Origin: Rickettsiales bacterium
GTDB lineage: Bacteria; Pseudomonadota; Alphaproteobacteria; Rickettsiales; JABSSG01
Direction: 5' to 3'
Length of the DNA: 64,000 nucleotides
Assembly: GCA_040221415.1 (NCBI GenBank)
Contig: JAVKEN010000009.1
Location: 1,650 to 65,649 of the forward strand
Numbering within the stretch: position 1 is the stretch's first letter; the number at the start of each line of letters is the position of its first letter. The position numbers and the translations under genes are program-made. A model generated the notes under the pieces. The model worked only from the letters and a program-made list of their open reading frames with translations, searched no databases and was not told the DNA's origin. Positions 35,174 through 45,717 of the stretch are shown here, in pieces.

Positions 35174-35930
35174 AAAGCTTAAAGAAGTTCTCAGTTGTTT
35201 TCTCTGCGCATTCTTCAACAGAAATATTTTTTAAATCCGCAAGGAACTCAAGAGTATTTTTTGTGTAGGCCGGTTCACATGTCTTTCCTCTAAAAGGAAC
35301 AGGAGCCAAAAATGGTGCATCCGTCTCAACCAATAGCCTATTCATTGGTATTTTCTTGATAACATCTTGGATCTTGGTTGCATTCTTAAAAGTCAGAATC
35401 CCAGAAACCGATATAGAAAGACCCATTTCTATCACAGCATCAGCAAGCCTCTGGGAAGAAGTAAAACAGTGAATCAAACCAGGAAACTCTCCCTTTTTCA
35501 TCTCATCTGTTAAAATAGATATTGTATCTTCATCAGCTTCACGGGTATGAATGATGATAGGCATAGCCAGCTCTCTAGCAACTTCTATATGTTTAATAAA
35601 AGATTGCTTTTGTTTTTCTCTATCTGAGTACTCATAATAATAATCTAACCCTGTCTCACCAATTCCGATAACCTTCTCTTTTTTTGCTAAGTGCAATAAT
35701 TGATCAATCTCACTAAATTCTTTTTCTACTTCATGGGGATGAACTCCAACTGAGCAATAAATATTTTTGTACTTCTTAGCAATTAAATGTATGTCATCAA
35801 ATTCCGATAATTTAGTGCAGATAGTTTGCATCAGTTTGACATCATTCTCTAAAGCCCTATTGATTACATCATCGAGGTAGTCTTTGAACTGAGGGAAATT
35901 TAAATGACAATGAGAATCAACAATATACAT
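35151..35930 (-). CDS. tatD: TatD family nuclease
   Basis: DSHCHL, GVHPH, GETGLDY, IHTREA, HCFT, ETDAPFLAP. Confidence 0.95.
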   Translation of the reverse strand: MYIVDSHCHLNFPQFKDYLDDVINRALENDVKLMQTICTKLSEFDDIHLIAKKYKNIYCSVGVHPHEVEKEFSEIDQLLHLAKKEKVIGIGETGLDYYYEYSDREKQKQSFIKHIEVARELAMPIIIHTREADEDTISILTDEMKKGEFPGLIHCFTSSQRLADAVIEMGLSISVSGILTFKNATKIQDVIKKIPMNRLLVETDAPFLAPVPFRGKTCEPAYTKNTLEFLADLKNISVEECAEKTTENFFKLFTKADQE

Positions 35931-37450
35931 CAGTCAATCTTTCTAAAAATTATTCCTGGTTTCACTATTTTCTGCCCAGGCTTTACGGCATAATTTTTGC
36001 TAAGTAGTTTAAAAGAGATTTCTCTAGAATCTATTCCTAATAATTCTAAAATATTATTAGCAGCTTCCGGTAAAAATGGAGAAAGCAAAATGGCTATATA
36101 CCTAATCACTTCACATAATTCATATAGAACTTTTTGCATTTCTTTTTCATCAGTTTTTTTGAGATCCCATGGAGCTGCATCATTCACATACTCATTGCCT
36201 TTTTCTGCAAGCAAGATGATTTCATTTAGAGCCTTATCATACTCATGTTTGTCAAATCTTGACTTTACCTTAGTAAAAACCTGCTGAGTATACTCTAAAA
36301 GATCTCTTTTATACAATTCGTCTAAATCAGAAATATTAGGAACAGCTTCACCGCAATTTTTATGGACCATTGACATAGTACGCTGAATTAGATTGCCAAT
36401 CTTATTTGCAAGTTCGCCATTAATCCTGGTGCGCAAAGTATTTTGAGAAAAGGTTCCATCTTGACCAAATGAAATCTCCTTCATTAGATAATACCTTGTT
36501 TCATCTAATCCATAATCTTCAATTAATTTGATAGGGTCAATAACATTGCCAAGCGACTTTGACATTTTTTCTCCCTCAGCTAACCACCACCCATGACTAA
36601 CTATTTGTTTTGGAAGCTTGATCCCAGCAGCGAGCAAGAATGCAGGCCAATATATTGCGTGAAATCTAGTAATGTCTTTACCGACCATATGAATATCCGC
36701 AGGCCAGAAATCTTTGTATAATTCACCATTAATATTTGGATAACCAAGGGCATTGATATAATTTGTCAATGCGTCTAACCAAACATACATTACATGCTTT
36801 TCATCTCCAGGAACAGGAATACCCCAGTCAAAACTAGTTCGAGAAATTGATAAATCTTCTAAGCCTTGTTCAACAAATTTTCTAACCTCGTTCATACGAG
36901 ATTTTGGATAAATAAAATTTGGATTTTTATCATAAAAATCTAAAAGCTTCTCACCCATTGTTGAAAGTTTAAAGAAGTAGCTTTCCTCCGCAAGCCACTG
37001 AACTTCTGCTCCTGTCGGAGCTTTTCCATCTACGAGCTCATCTTCCGAATAGAATGCCTCATCTTTAATTGCATACCACCCAGAATACTCACCCTTATAT
37101 ATATAACCTTTTTCATCCAGAATCTTCCAAAACGCCTTTGCTCCCTCTTTATGCCTCTCTTCAGTTGTGCGAATAAAGTCATCATTGCTGAAATTCATTT
37201 TTTTGGTTAGTTCTCTGAATTTATCAGCCACTCCGTCAGAAAATTTTTGTGTTGGGATGTTCTTTGCTTCCGCTGCCTTTTCTATTTTCTGTCCATGTTC
37301 GTCAGTTCCTGTAAGGAACAATACTTTATACCCTTCTGCTCTCTTGAATCTTGCGACTACATCACATACTAAGGTTGTATACGCACTCCCTATATGTGGT
37401 CGATCATTAACGTAATATATCGGAGTTGTTATATAAAAGTTTTTTGACAT
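35930..37450 (-). CDS. metG: Methionine--tRNA ligase
   Basis: YITTPIYYVN..PHIG, GTDEHGQK, YVWLDAL, GKDITRFH, KMSKSLGN. Confidence 0.98.
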   Translation of the reverse strand: MSKNFYITTPIYYVNDRPHIGSAYTTLVCDVVARFKRAEGYKVLFLTGTDEHGQKIEKAAEAKNIPTQKFSDGVADKFRELTKKMNFSNDDFIRTTEERHKEGAKAFWKILDEKGYIYKGEYSGWYAIKDEAFYSEDELVDGKAPTGAEVQWLAEESYFFKLSTMGEKLLDFYDKNPNFIYPKSRMNEVRKFVEQGLEDLSISRTSFDWGIPVPGDEKHVMYVWLDALTNYINALGYPNINGELYKDFWPADIHMVGKDITRFHAIYWPAFLLAAGIKLPKQIVSHGWWLAEGEKMSKSLGNVIDPIKLIEDYGLDETRYYLMKEISFGQDGTFSQNTLRTRINGELANKIGNLIQRTMSMVHKNCGEAVPNISDLDELYKRDLLEYTQQVFTKVKSRFDKHEYDKALNEIILLAEKGNEYVNDAAPWDLKKTDEKEMQKVLYELCEVIRYIAILLSPFLPEAANNILELLGIDSREISFKLLSKNYAVKPGQKIVKPGIIFRKID

Positions 37451-38352
37451 AAGCTATGAATTTTCAAGTAAATCGATTGTATGCAGTCTTTTTTATTCAA
37501 ATATAAATTAGCAATCTTATATTCCATATCTTGAATATGATCAATCAATTTCCCTAACTCGTGACGATCAATATGATTGAAATAATTTAATATATTGCCC
37601 TCTTCGCTCATCACTTCTGCATGGGTGTTTAGCAGTATGTAGCAAATTCTTTTCAACAAAATAAATATCAAATTCCAGTTCTCATTAACATCAAGCTTTG
37701 TCAAAAGGATATTGAATTTAATAAAGTCTAAATTTTTTTCCTTAAGCGAGGCAAGCAAGCACTTATAAAACTCTTCAAATTTAATTTGAGCCATTACAGT
37801 TGCATTGCCAATATTATAGGTAGCCATTAGCAAGTATTTCTTTGCCAGCTCTTCATTATATTTCACATACGGCATTAAAATTTCTTCTGATTGCTTTTTG
37901 CTCGGCGATTGGAATCTAAAATTAACACATCTTGATCTAATGGTTGGTAGAACCTGGCTACTTTTGTGATTAATTAGAATGAAAAAACAATTATGTTTTG
38001 GCTCTTCTAATGGTTTGAGCAGAATATTTGCCGAATTGACATTTAAATCATCAGCTGCATCAACCACAACAAATCGACTTTTTCCATCGAATTCAGTTTG
38101 AGTTAGAAAGCCATTCAACTCTCTTATTTGATCTATTGTTATTTTTCCTGATTTTGAATCAGGAGAAACCCATTTCAAATTATATATTTTGTTTGAACCT
38201 TGTTTCTTGAGAATATTCTCAATAATATTTTTAGCAGCCAGAGATTTCCCAATACCCTTTTCCCCGCTCAAAATGATACTGTGATGATTCTTTTTGCTTA
38301 ACAGAAAATTTTCAATATTATGTATATTGTCGATATCACCAATGTAATTCAT
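37429..38352 (-). CDS. holB: DNA polymerase III subunit delta'
   Basis: GEKGIGKS, ITIDQIR, NILLKPLEEP, LPTIRSRC; conserved holB-metG-tatD order. Confidence 0.88.
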   Translation of the reverse strand: MNYIGDIDNIHNIENFLLSKKNHHSIILSGEKGIGKSLAAKNIIENILKKQGSNKIYNLKWVSPDSKSGKITIDQIRELNGFLTQTEFDGKSRFVVVDAADDLNVNSANILLKPLEEPKHNCFFILINHKSSQVLPTIRSRCVNFRFQSPSKKQSEEILMPYVKYNEELAKKYLLMATYNIGNATVMAQIKFEEFYKCLLASLKEKNLDFIKFNILLTKLDVNENWNLIFILLKRICYILLNTHAEVMSEEGNILNYFNHIDRHELGKLIDHIQDMEYKIANLYLNKKDCIQSIYLKIHSLCQKTFI

Positions 38353-38391
38353 TAGATCTAAGATTGTTTAATCCATGAATATTAACATAAA

Positions 38392-39027
38392 ATGAAACCT
38401 GAGAAAGAAATTAATAGAATTTTTGAAATTTTATCTGCTGATAATCCTGAGCCAAAAACAGAACTGGAGTTCACAAACATCTATACTTTAGCAGTTGCTG
38501 TAATTTTATCTGCTCAAGCTACAGACATTGGAGTGAACAAAGCTACAAAATTATTATTTAAAAAGATTCACACACCTGAACAAATGGTAGAACTTGGAGA
38601 AGAGAGGTTAAAAAAATATATTAAATCGATAGGGCTTTTTAACAGCAAAGCAAAAAACATCTTTCTTATGAGCAAGGCATTAATTGAAAATCACAGTTCA
38701 GAAATTCCAAATGATTTTGACAAGCTAATTAGACTTCCTGGCATCGGCAGAAAAACTGCAAACGTGATTATGAATTGTGCATTCGGAGAAGAAACTATAG
38801 CTGTTGACACTCATGTGTTCAGAGTAAGCAAAAGAGTTGGTCTTGCTTCTGGAGCCACCCCAGATAAAGTAGAAAAAGAACTATCAAACATAGTTCCAAA
38901 GAAGTGGAAGCAACATGCTCATCACTGGCTCATACTACACGGTAGATACATTTGTAAAGCTAGAAGACCTGAGTGCAGAGAATGCAAGATTTCTGAATTT
39001 TGTGATTATTACAAAGAAATCATTTAG
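38392..39027 (+). CDS. nth: Endonuclease III
   Basis: [28 protein letters not shown]-x6-C-x2-C-x5-C Fe-S motif. Confidence 0.98.
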   Translation: MKPEKEINRIFEILSADNPEPKTELEFTNIYTLAVAVILSAQATDIGVNKATKLLFKKIHTPEQMVELGEERLKKYIKSIGLFNSKAKNIFLMSKALIENHSSEIPNDFDKLIRLPGIGRKTANVIMNCAFGEETIAVDTHVFRVSKRVGLASGATPDKVEKELSNIVPKKWKQHAHHWLILHGRYICKARRPECRECKISEFCDYYKEII

Positions 39028-40795
39028 TTCTTTCCTTTGCTTCGGTGCTATCAGGAGTAACACTTGGACTAACTGACTCACCTTCTACAACTTCTCTAGG
39101 TGATGTGTCCCCACCAAAATATTTGTATAATTTTTTTCCAACTTCAGTCACTGTTGATCTCGGAATAAGGCTACTCCTTCCTTCCATTAACCTCACCTCA
39201 GGCCCTTCAGTTTTTCTAAGACGTATATTTTGTTCTAACACAGAAATAAAATCATCTATTTCTTTGGCTTTTTCCTTAGGGTCGAATCCTTGTTCCAAAT
39301 ATAATGAATTTATTAAATTTGTTATATCTTTTGTAGTAACGTCCATCTCTTCTACTCTAACATGCCGTCCATGCACAGCTCGCATTTCCCTTTTTAAATC
39401 TCCTGCTATACCGTGTACAGCACTACCCCTCCCTCCAATTGAAAAACCTGTCATTTCATGTGCAACTTGTACAACATCATTGAATCTCATTATTAAAGAT
39501 TCCGCCCCTAAAGTAACTGTATTTAGTCTGGCTTTTACTAATCTCGAAGCGTCAGTTTTTATTTTGTTAGAATGTTCTTCTTCACCATATATTTCATTAA
39601 GGAGAGACCCGAGATCATCAGACGTCACCTCCTCTCCCTTCGGATCTACTATTCCGCGTGATTTCATAACCAACTCTAACATAGTAGGAATGTCGTTGGT
39701 TTCATGCAAACCTGTAACAGCATTGACTGCGCTCACAACATTCTCAAATCTACCTATTGTTTTCACCTCTTCACTTCCTGGCATTAGCTCTACACCCTCA
39801 CCAACTGACACAAAACTATGACTGCCTGTGTCAATTTCTAAAGAAGAAGCTATTCCTTTAGGAGAAAGGCCCATCTTACCCTCAAACAACTCATCTATAT
39901 CTCTAATTTTCACCTCCTCTCGCCTACCATAAGGAACCTTAATAGTCATTCGCGAAGAACCCATTTCCTTCCACTCATCACCTAAAATAGCCCTATATGA
40001 GGCGGAGCACTCTATAGTTAGATTATTAGTTTTTTTGTCAAAATTAAGTACTAAATTTCTACGCCCCCCATCTTCTACACAGATCAAATCAGAATGCACA
40101 GATGGTTGAATAGCAGACGATATCTCGCTGTTTATGTTCTCGTAATAATCTCGTGAGACCGCTAATACTATTGATCTTAACGCATCTCTGCTTAGACCCT
40201 CTTCCATTTTTAATTTATTAAGAAAATCCATTATATCTGGGTCTTCTTGTTCCATATATTCTGAAACGGTTTGTTTTGTTCCATTAATATTCATCTTCAC
40301 AAATCCTAAGTCAACTCTCTCAGCGTGATCTTTTACTTGTTTAAGAATTTGCTCTTTTACTTTGTTAAGTTCCGACTTAATAGCTATGTAGTCTCTCTTC
40401 TCTAAATTCTCAAAAACTGATGCAAGAGCCCCAAAGATAAACTCTCCTTTTTCTGCATCTTCATTTAGCATTATTTCAAATTCTTTAGAGTCTTTGGGTG
40501 GCATAACAAAATCTAACTCACCTAACTTATGCATCTCAGATAACTTAAAACAAGAATAGGCTTTGTAGAGATTATCAAAATGTTTGTCTCTATTACGATT
40601 AAGTGATTCTATAACTATGAAAGATCTTTCTGACTCTGATATTCGTGAAACATTAGTGTATATATCTTCTAACACACGAAAGCCGCTACACATCATTGCC
40701 GCCCCAGAAATTGCTCCTATACCTCCTATGCCTGTCAAATCAACATCTGAGAATTGTCCAAGATCTAATTTAATTTTTGAATATTCCTTCACCAC
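39020..40795 (-). CDS. Hypothetical protein (591 aa) with internal duplication (effector candidate)
   Basis: Long ORF with no known motif; Gly-rich N-terminal segment; two related units about 88 aa apart; S/P-rich then basic C-terminus. Confidence 0.75.
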   Translation of the reverse strand: MVKEYSKIKLDLGQFSDVDLTGIGGIGAISGAAMMCSGFRVLEDIYTNVSRISESERSFIVIESLNRNRDKHFDNLYKAYSCFKLSEMHKLGELDFVMPPKDSKEFEIMLNEDAEKGEFIFGALASVFENLEKRDYIAIKSELNKVKEQILKQVKDHAERVDLGFVKMNINGTKQTVSEYMEQEDPDIMDFLNKLKMEEGLSRDALRSIVLAVSRDYYENINSEISSAIQPSVHSDLICVEDGGRRNLVLNFDKKTNNLTIECSASYRAILGDEWKEMGSSRMTIKVPYGRREEVKIRDIDELFEGKMGLSPKGIASSLEIDTGSHSFVSVGEGVELMPGSEEVKTIGRFENVVSAVNAVTGLHETNDIPTMLELVMKSRGIVDPKGEEVTSDDLGSLLNEIYGEEEHSNKIKTDASRLVKARLNTVTLGAESLIMRFNDVVQVAHEMTGFSIGGRGSAVHGIAGDLKREMRAVHGRHVRVEEMDVTTKDITNLINSLYLEQGFDPKEKAKEIDDFISVLEQNIRLRKTEGPEVRLMEGRSSLIPRSTVTEVGKKLYKYFGGDTSPREVVEGESVSPSVTPDSTEAKERTK

Positions 40796-40822
40796 TTTTT
40801 ACTACCCAATAAATACATCTGT

Positions 40823-42394
40823 TTAAATCATAAAAGAAACTGCCACAACTAACAATCCTATATAACGCGCTTTCTGAGTCCACAAGCAAAACCAAAACGC
40901 ACCTAGAGTAAATATAAAAAGATTTAAATCATTGAAAATTGATAGCATCACTTTGGAATGACTCAAATTATTAACCCATGTCGTTATCTCTAATAATGTA
41001 TCCAGACCTAAATTAATTGGTATTAGAGCAATATTAGAAAATCCGGTCAATAAAAGTAAGAAATAAATCACAACAAAAGGCATAATTATAAAACTTATAA
41101 TTGGACCAACTACAAGATTAGCTAGAACTGCATAACTTGAAACAAATTGAAAGTGGTACAACACAAACATAGAAGTTGCTATGGTTGCAACAAAGGAAGA
41201 AATTGTAGTGCCTAATAAATACAGAACGATTCTATTAATTCTCAACAAATAAAATTTGTTTTTAAAAATCTCAAAAACTGCAATCAGCGACAACGTCGCA
41301 ATAAATGAGAGCTGAAAACCTGGCTGTAAAATAAATTCTGGATAAAAAAGCAACATTATAAATGCAGCTGCTGCTATCGCTCTTTTCAAATCAGGTTGAA
41401 GATCAAAAATAATGGCCGTCATAAATAAAAGAATCATAAAAAAGGCTCGCACAGCAGACACTTGTATACCCGTTGCAAACAAGTAAAATAATGTGGCAAC
41501 AATTGCTACAAATGCAGCTAATTTTTTAGTGTTATATTTTTGCGATATATTGAGAAAGAAGCTAAGAGAATATCTTGTGGTAAAAAAAATTATCGCTGCA
41601 ATCAAGGATAAATGCATTCCAGAAACTGCAAAGACATGTGATAATCCTGAAACTCTTATTTGTTCATTTTCTTGTTTAGGGATCATAGATTTTTCTCCAA
41701 CTATCAGAGCAGAAGCAAGGGATCCTGTTTTTACACCTAAAAACTGAATAATATTTTTACTAATATTTTTTCTAAAATTATTTAATGAATCGTATAAATC
41801 TTGTGTATTATCACCTTTCTTAAGTATTTTAATTTTAGTTCTAGTAAATGCCGTTCCACTAATCCCCTTATAGTAGTCATATCTACTAAAATCAAAATTA
41901 CTGTTCTTCGCCTTCTTAGAAGGAATAATTGTGGCCTTAAAATTTATGTAATCACCGCTTTTAATTAAAGGATTGGGGTTAGTTGAAACTACTCGTAATT
42001 TGTTATAAACTCCTCTTTTTTTGCTCAACCTGTTACTTGTTGTTATCAAAATTGATTTACCGTCCGCTTTACAGCTTACCTCGCTAACCTTAGCTTTAAC
42101 CCAAACTGCATACATAGGCCTAGATATGGTTTTTGTATTCACATACTCAGTTCTTAAAGAAGCCGCGCTTGTGCCCAAGACAAGGAACATAACAGGTAAT
42201 AAAACTGGAGATTTATAATATATGTATGCAAGTGCAATACCTGCAAATATCAGAAGAAAGGCGTAAGTATAATCAGTATTTAAAAACTTAAAGTAAAATA
42301 AAATGCCTAAAATAAAGAAAACTATGTACCACAAAGGCCACTGGCTTTGCTCTTTAAACAGAAACTCTTTTATGTGATTAATAATAACATTCAC
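40823..42394 (-). CDS. comEC: ComEC/Rec2 competence family membrane protein
   Basis: FDFSRY, SGLSHVFAVSGMH, SAVRA, GFQLSF, ANLV; no C-terminal beta-lactamase domain. Confidence 0.92.
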   Translation of the reverse strand: MNVIINHIKEFLFKEQSQWPLWYIVFFILGILFYFKFLNTDYTYAFLLIFAGIALAYIYYKSPVLLPVMFLVLGTSAASLRTEYVNTKTISRPMYAVWVKAKVSEVSCKADGKSILITTSNRLSKKRGVYNKLRVVSTNPNPLIKSGDYINFKATIIPSKKAKNSNFDFSRYDYYKGISGTAFTRTKIKILKKGDNTQDLYDSLNNFRKNISKNIIQFLGVKTGSLASALIVGEKSMIPKQENEQIRVSGLSHVFAVSGMHLSLIAAIIFFTTRYSLSFFLNISQKYNTKKLAAFVAIVATLFYLFATGIQVSAVRAFFMILLFMTAIIFDLQPDLKRAIAAAAFIMLLFYPEFILQPGFQLSFIATLSLIAVFEIFKNKFYLLRINRIVLYLLGTTISSFVATIATSMFVLYHFQFVSSYAVLANLVVGPIISFIIMPFVVIYFLLLLTGFSNIALIPINLGLDTLLEITTWVNNLSHSKVMLSIFNDLNLFIFTLGAFWFCLWTQKARYIGLLVVAVSFMI

Positions 42395-42431
42395 TTTAAT
42401 AAAATGCCTTCTTCCTCATCAAGAGGTAAGT

Positions 42432-43097
42432 TTATGAATGCTGAGAAATTTTTTCTTCGTAAAATTGCTCGCCAATTGCGATTTCATCCCTTCCATTTTT
42501 TTTACGCCAGTTGTTGCTGTCCCTTAGTGAAAAAATACATCCACAATATTCTTGCTTATAAAAACTCTCTCTTTTTGCAATCTCATACATCCTTTGAGAA
42601 CCACCTTCTTTCCTCCAGTTATAGTCCCAGTATATGACATTGTCATATCTATTCGCTGCCCTATAACCTGAATTGTTAATTTGTTGCATATTCTTCCATC
42701 GAGAAATACCGAGAGTGGTCGCATAGGTATCAAACCCGTTTTCATGGGCATATAAAGCTGACCGCTCAAACCTCATGTCAAAGCACTCAGTACACCGAAC
42801 ACCTCTTTCTGGTTCATACTCCATTCCTTTGACTCTATGAAACCAATTTTGCACATCATAATCTGCATCGATAAATTCAATTCCTAACTTCTCTGCAAAA
42901 CGAATGTTTTCTTGCTTACGAATTTCGTATTCCTTCTTCGGATGAATATTAGGGTTATAAAAGAACAAAGAGAAATTGATGTTGTTAGCCAACATCTGCT
43001 CCATCAACTCCCCAGCACAAGGAGCACAACAGGTATGCAACAAAACCTTTTTGGAACCCTCAGGAAGAGGTAAGTCGACCAGCTTCTCTATTTTCAT
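42432..43097 (-). CDS. queH: Epoxyqueuosine reductase QueH
   Basis: [38 protein letters not shown]. Confidence 0.93.
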   Translation of the reverse strand: MKIEKLVDLPLPEGSKKVLLHTCCAPCAGELMEQMLANNINFSLFFYNPNIHPKKEYEIRKQENIRFAEKLGIEFIDADYDVQNWFHRVKGMEYEPERGVRCTECFDMRFERSALYAHENGFDTYATTLGISRWKNMQQINNSGYRAANRYDNVIYWDYNWRKEGGSQRMYEIAKRESFYKQEYCGCIFSLRDSNNWRKKNGRDEIAIGEQFYEEKISQHS

Positions 43098-43104
43098 TTA
43101 AAAA

Positions 43105-44364
43105 CTAATTTAATTTCTTTCTGTATGTTTCTTTGTAATACTTCAATGTAATCAATGTCAATATACAGAAGAAGATGATGTACATAGCTACAGAATCATA
43201 TCTACCAGAATTTTTGATCAACCAAGTAGCCACTAAAGGAGCAGTTCCACCAAATGCTGCAGCACTAAAGTTGTAAGATACAGCGACACCTGTAAACCTT
43301 ACTCTGGTTGGAAAAAGCTCGACCAAAGCAGCAGGTACTGGACCCATGTAAATACCCACAAACAGAGCAAATAATATCTGAGATACCATCACCCATTCTA
43401 AAGTGCCTTTTGTTAGCAACCAAAAAATAGGATATATGAAAACTATAAATCCATAGGTAGAATACTTTAACACAGGCTTTCTTCCATAGACATCTGAGAA
43501 CCATGCGGAAATTGGCATCACTATCATAGCTACAGTCAAGGACACCAGATGCACATATAAAGATGTGTCATAACTATATTTCAAATTTCCGACCATGAAT
43601 GATTTAACAAACATGGTAAAAGTGTAAAAAGGAACCGTCACAGTTAAGTACATACCAATAGCCAAAACAAGCTCTGGCAAATAACTAGAAATAATTTCCC
43701 TGACAGGTTTTGAAGATAATTCGTTACGTTTCTTAGCTTCCAAATAAACAGGGCTTTCATGCAAACTTGTTCTAACATAAATACCAATTAAACCTATAAC
43801 AATTCCGATTAAGAATGGGACCCTCCATCCCCATGATTCGAAATCAGCTACATCCATAGTGCGAGAAACTAAAGTAGCCACTAAAGATCCTAGTAACATA
43901 CCAGCACATAAGCTGACCATACTCGCACTTCCTATTAATCCACGTTTTTTCATCGGAGAATATTCAACCAAGAATGCAATACAACCACTAAATTCACCGC
44001 CAATTGATGCGCCTTGTATCAACCTAATAACACATAATAGAATTGGCGCCCAAATTCCAATTTGCTCATAAGTCGGAAGAAGGCCTATACAAGCTGTAGG
44101 CAAAGCCATCATAAGTATAGAGATAGACAAAGAGATTCTTCTGCCAAATTTATCTCCTATATAACCAAAGATAACCGCACCCACTGGACGCATTACAAAT
44201 CCAGCAGCAAAAATAGTGTAGGTAGCAATCATACCTGCATATGGATCTGCTTGCGGGAAAAATAACTTTGTGATGATATGAACGAAATGGCCATATAAAG
44301 CAAAATCGTACCACTCCAAGGCGTTACCTATCATTCCTGAAATAACTACTTTATACATAATCAC
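43105..44364 (-). CDS. MFS transporter, ProP/MHS metabolite:H+ symporter family
   Basis: GNALEWYDF, GDKFGRR, RLIQG.SIGGE, WGWRVPF, ESP, ELFPTRVR. Confidence 0.93.
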   Translation of the reverse strand: MIMYKVVISGMIGNALEWYDFALYGHFVHIITKLFFPQADPYAGMIATYTIFAAGFVMRPVGAVIFGYIGDKFGRRISLSISILMMALPTACIGLLPTYEQIGIWAPILLCVIRLIQGASIGGEFSGCIAFLVEYSPMKKRGLIGSASMVSLCAGMLLGSLVATLVSRTMDVADFESWGWRVPFLIGIVIGLIGIYVRTSLHESPVYLEAKKRNELSSKPVREIISSYLPELVLAIGMYLTVTVPFYTFTMFVKSFMVGNLKYSYDTSLYVHLVSLTVAMIVMPISAWFSDVYGRKPVLKYSTYGFIVFIYPIFWLLTKGTLEWVMVSQILFALFVGIYMGPVPAALVELFPTRVRFTGVAVSYNFSAAAFGGTAPLVATWLIKNSGRYDSVAMYIIFFCILTLITLKYYKETYRKKLN

Positions 44365-44382
44365 TCTCTTTCAAAAAGACTT

Positions 44383-44411
44383 ATGCTATTTCCTTAAAAA
44401 ATAAAATGCAA
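44383..44411 (-). promoter_or_regulatory. Putative sigma70 promoter of the MFS-queH unit
   Basis: TTGCAT-N17-TAGCAT on the minus strand. Confidence 0.45.
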
Positions 44412-44421
44412 TATCTTAATT

Positions 44422-45279
44422 TCAAAATTTTGGCTGCTCTATATAATATGTTGGCTCAAAGCCATACTCTTTAAACAGAGACTCCATCTTGTTTTCATCT
44501 GTAAAGTCAATTTCTTTATGGTAGCCCTTACCCACTAGCAGCGAAGATATAGCAAAATTATTTGCTCCTCTAATATCCGTATTCATAGAATCACCAATCA
44601 TAATAATTCTATCTTTTGGGGCTGATTCATATCTTCTATTTAGCCCTATCACATGCTGATAAATTGACTTCTCAGGCTTACCAAAATACTTCACTTTTCC
44701 TCCCAACTCCTCATACAGCTTTGCAAAAAAACCTGGGGTATATCTTATAGTGTTTCCATGAGGAGCATAGATGTCAGGATTTATACATAAATATTCTTTG
44801 CCATATTTGACTAATTCTTCAACTAACTTGCTATAATCTTCTATCTCTTTTTTATCATCACTAAAAGGAGAGGCAATTATGTAGTCAGCACTTGCAGGAT
44901 CTGCTGTGATTTCGAGGCCCATTTCAACTAGAGATTCTCTATTTCTTTCCCCACCAAAATAAAAGTACTTTTTATTTTTATAGTCTGCGCTCCCTCTGAC
45001 AACAGAATAAAAATAATCTCCCGAAGTTAATAGAACTTCATCTTCTTTAATTTTAAAATTATTACTATTTAGAAAATTTTTTGCTTTGCTAGAGAAGTTA
45101 GGAGAATTGGATAATAAAATAACATCCTTTTTTAAGGTACGCAAATATTCTATGAATTCAACAGTTCCCTCATGTAAAGACACACCGTCGTGAACCACGC
45201 CACAAAGATCAAAAATAAATATATCAAAAAGATTAGAGAGGTCTTTATATCCACTAATTTTCTTTGAGTTTAAACTCAT
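44422..45279 (-). CDS. HAD-superfamily class IIA hydrolase (TIGR01459-like)
   Basis: FDLCGVVHDG, LSNS, TSG, CINPD, GKP, MIGDSMNTDIRGA. Confidence 0.9.
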   Translation of the reverse strand: MSLNSKKISGYKDLSNLFDIFIFDLCGVVHDGVSLHEGTVEFIEYLRTLKKDVILLSNSPNFSSKAKNFLNSNNFKIKEDEVLLTSGDYFYSVVRGSADYKNKKYFYFGGERNRESLVEMGLEITADPASADYIIASPFSDDKKEIEDYSKLVEELVKYGKEYLCINPDIYAPHGNTIRYTPGFFAKLYEELGGKVKYFGKPEKSIYQHVIGLNRRYESAPKDRIIMIGDSMNTDIRGANNFAISSLLVGKGYHKEIDFTDENKMESLFKEYGFEPTYYIEQPKF

Positions 45280-45285
45280 TGAAAA

Positions 45286-45645
45286 CTAGCTCTTTTTCTC
45301 GCGAATACGAGCTGCTTTTCCTCTTAAATTGCGCATATAGTACAGCTTAGCTCTTCTTATAACGCCACATTTCACAACTTCAATTGAATCTATTTTTGGA
45401 GAATATAATTGGAAAGTTCTTTCTACTCCCTCACCATTACTGATTTTACGCACTGTGAATGTTGAATTTAATGCCCTAGATCTTCTTCTAATGCATAATC
45501 CTTCATATGCCTGAACTCTTTCTGTAGCCCCTTCAATAATCTTCACATTAACTCTGACTGTGTCACCAGCCTTAAAGTCAGGGATATTTTTGCCTTCTTT
45601 TAACTTTTCTGTTTGAGTATGCTCAAATTTTTGTAACAAATTCAT
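45286..45645 (-). CDS. rplS: 50S ribosomal protein L19
   Basis: [42 protein letters not shown]. Confidence 0.98.
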   Translation of the reverse strand: MNLLQKFEHTQTEKLKEGKNIPDFKAGDTVRVNVKIIEGATERVQAYEGLCIRRRSRALNSTFTVRKISNGEGVERTFQLYSPKIDSIEVVKCGVIRRAKLYYMRNLRGKAARIREKKS

Positions 45646-45681
45646 CTAAACCTCGGGATTCTCTCAAATATAGTCCGACAG

Positions 45682-45710
45682 AATATAAGGGAAATTAAGA
45701 ATAAATACAA
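45682..45710 (-). promoter_or_regulatory. Putative internal sigma70 promoter of rplS
   Basis: TTGTAT-N17-TATATT on the minus strand in the trmD-rplS gap; GAGG RBS downstream. Confidence 0.5.
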
Positions 45711-45717
45711 CAACAAA

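Noticed and set aside
39045-39821. 258-aa ORF antisense to the 591-aa orphan (and similar antisense ORFs within typA, pyrG, glpX)
   Set aside because: Ser/Thr/Pro/Ile-rich mirror translations typical of antisense shadow frames; no motifs or RBS.
40823-42394. ComEC lacking the C-terminal metallo-beta-lactamase domain as a possible pseudogene
   Set aside because: The ORF is intact through the competence domain, and domain-less ComEC is common in alphaproteobacteria.
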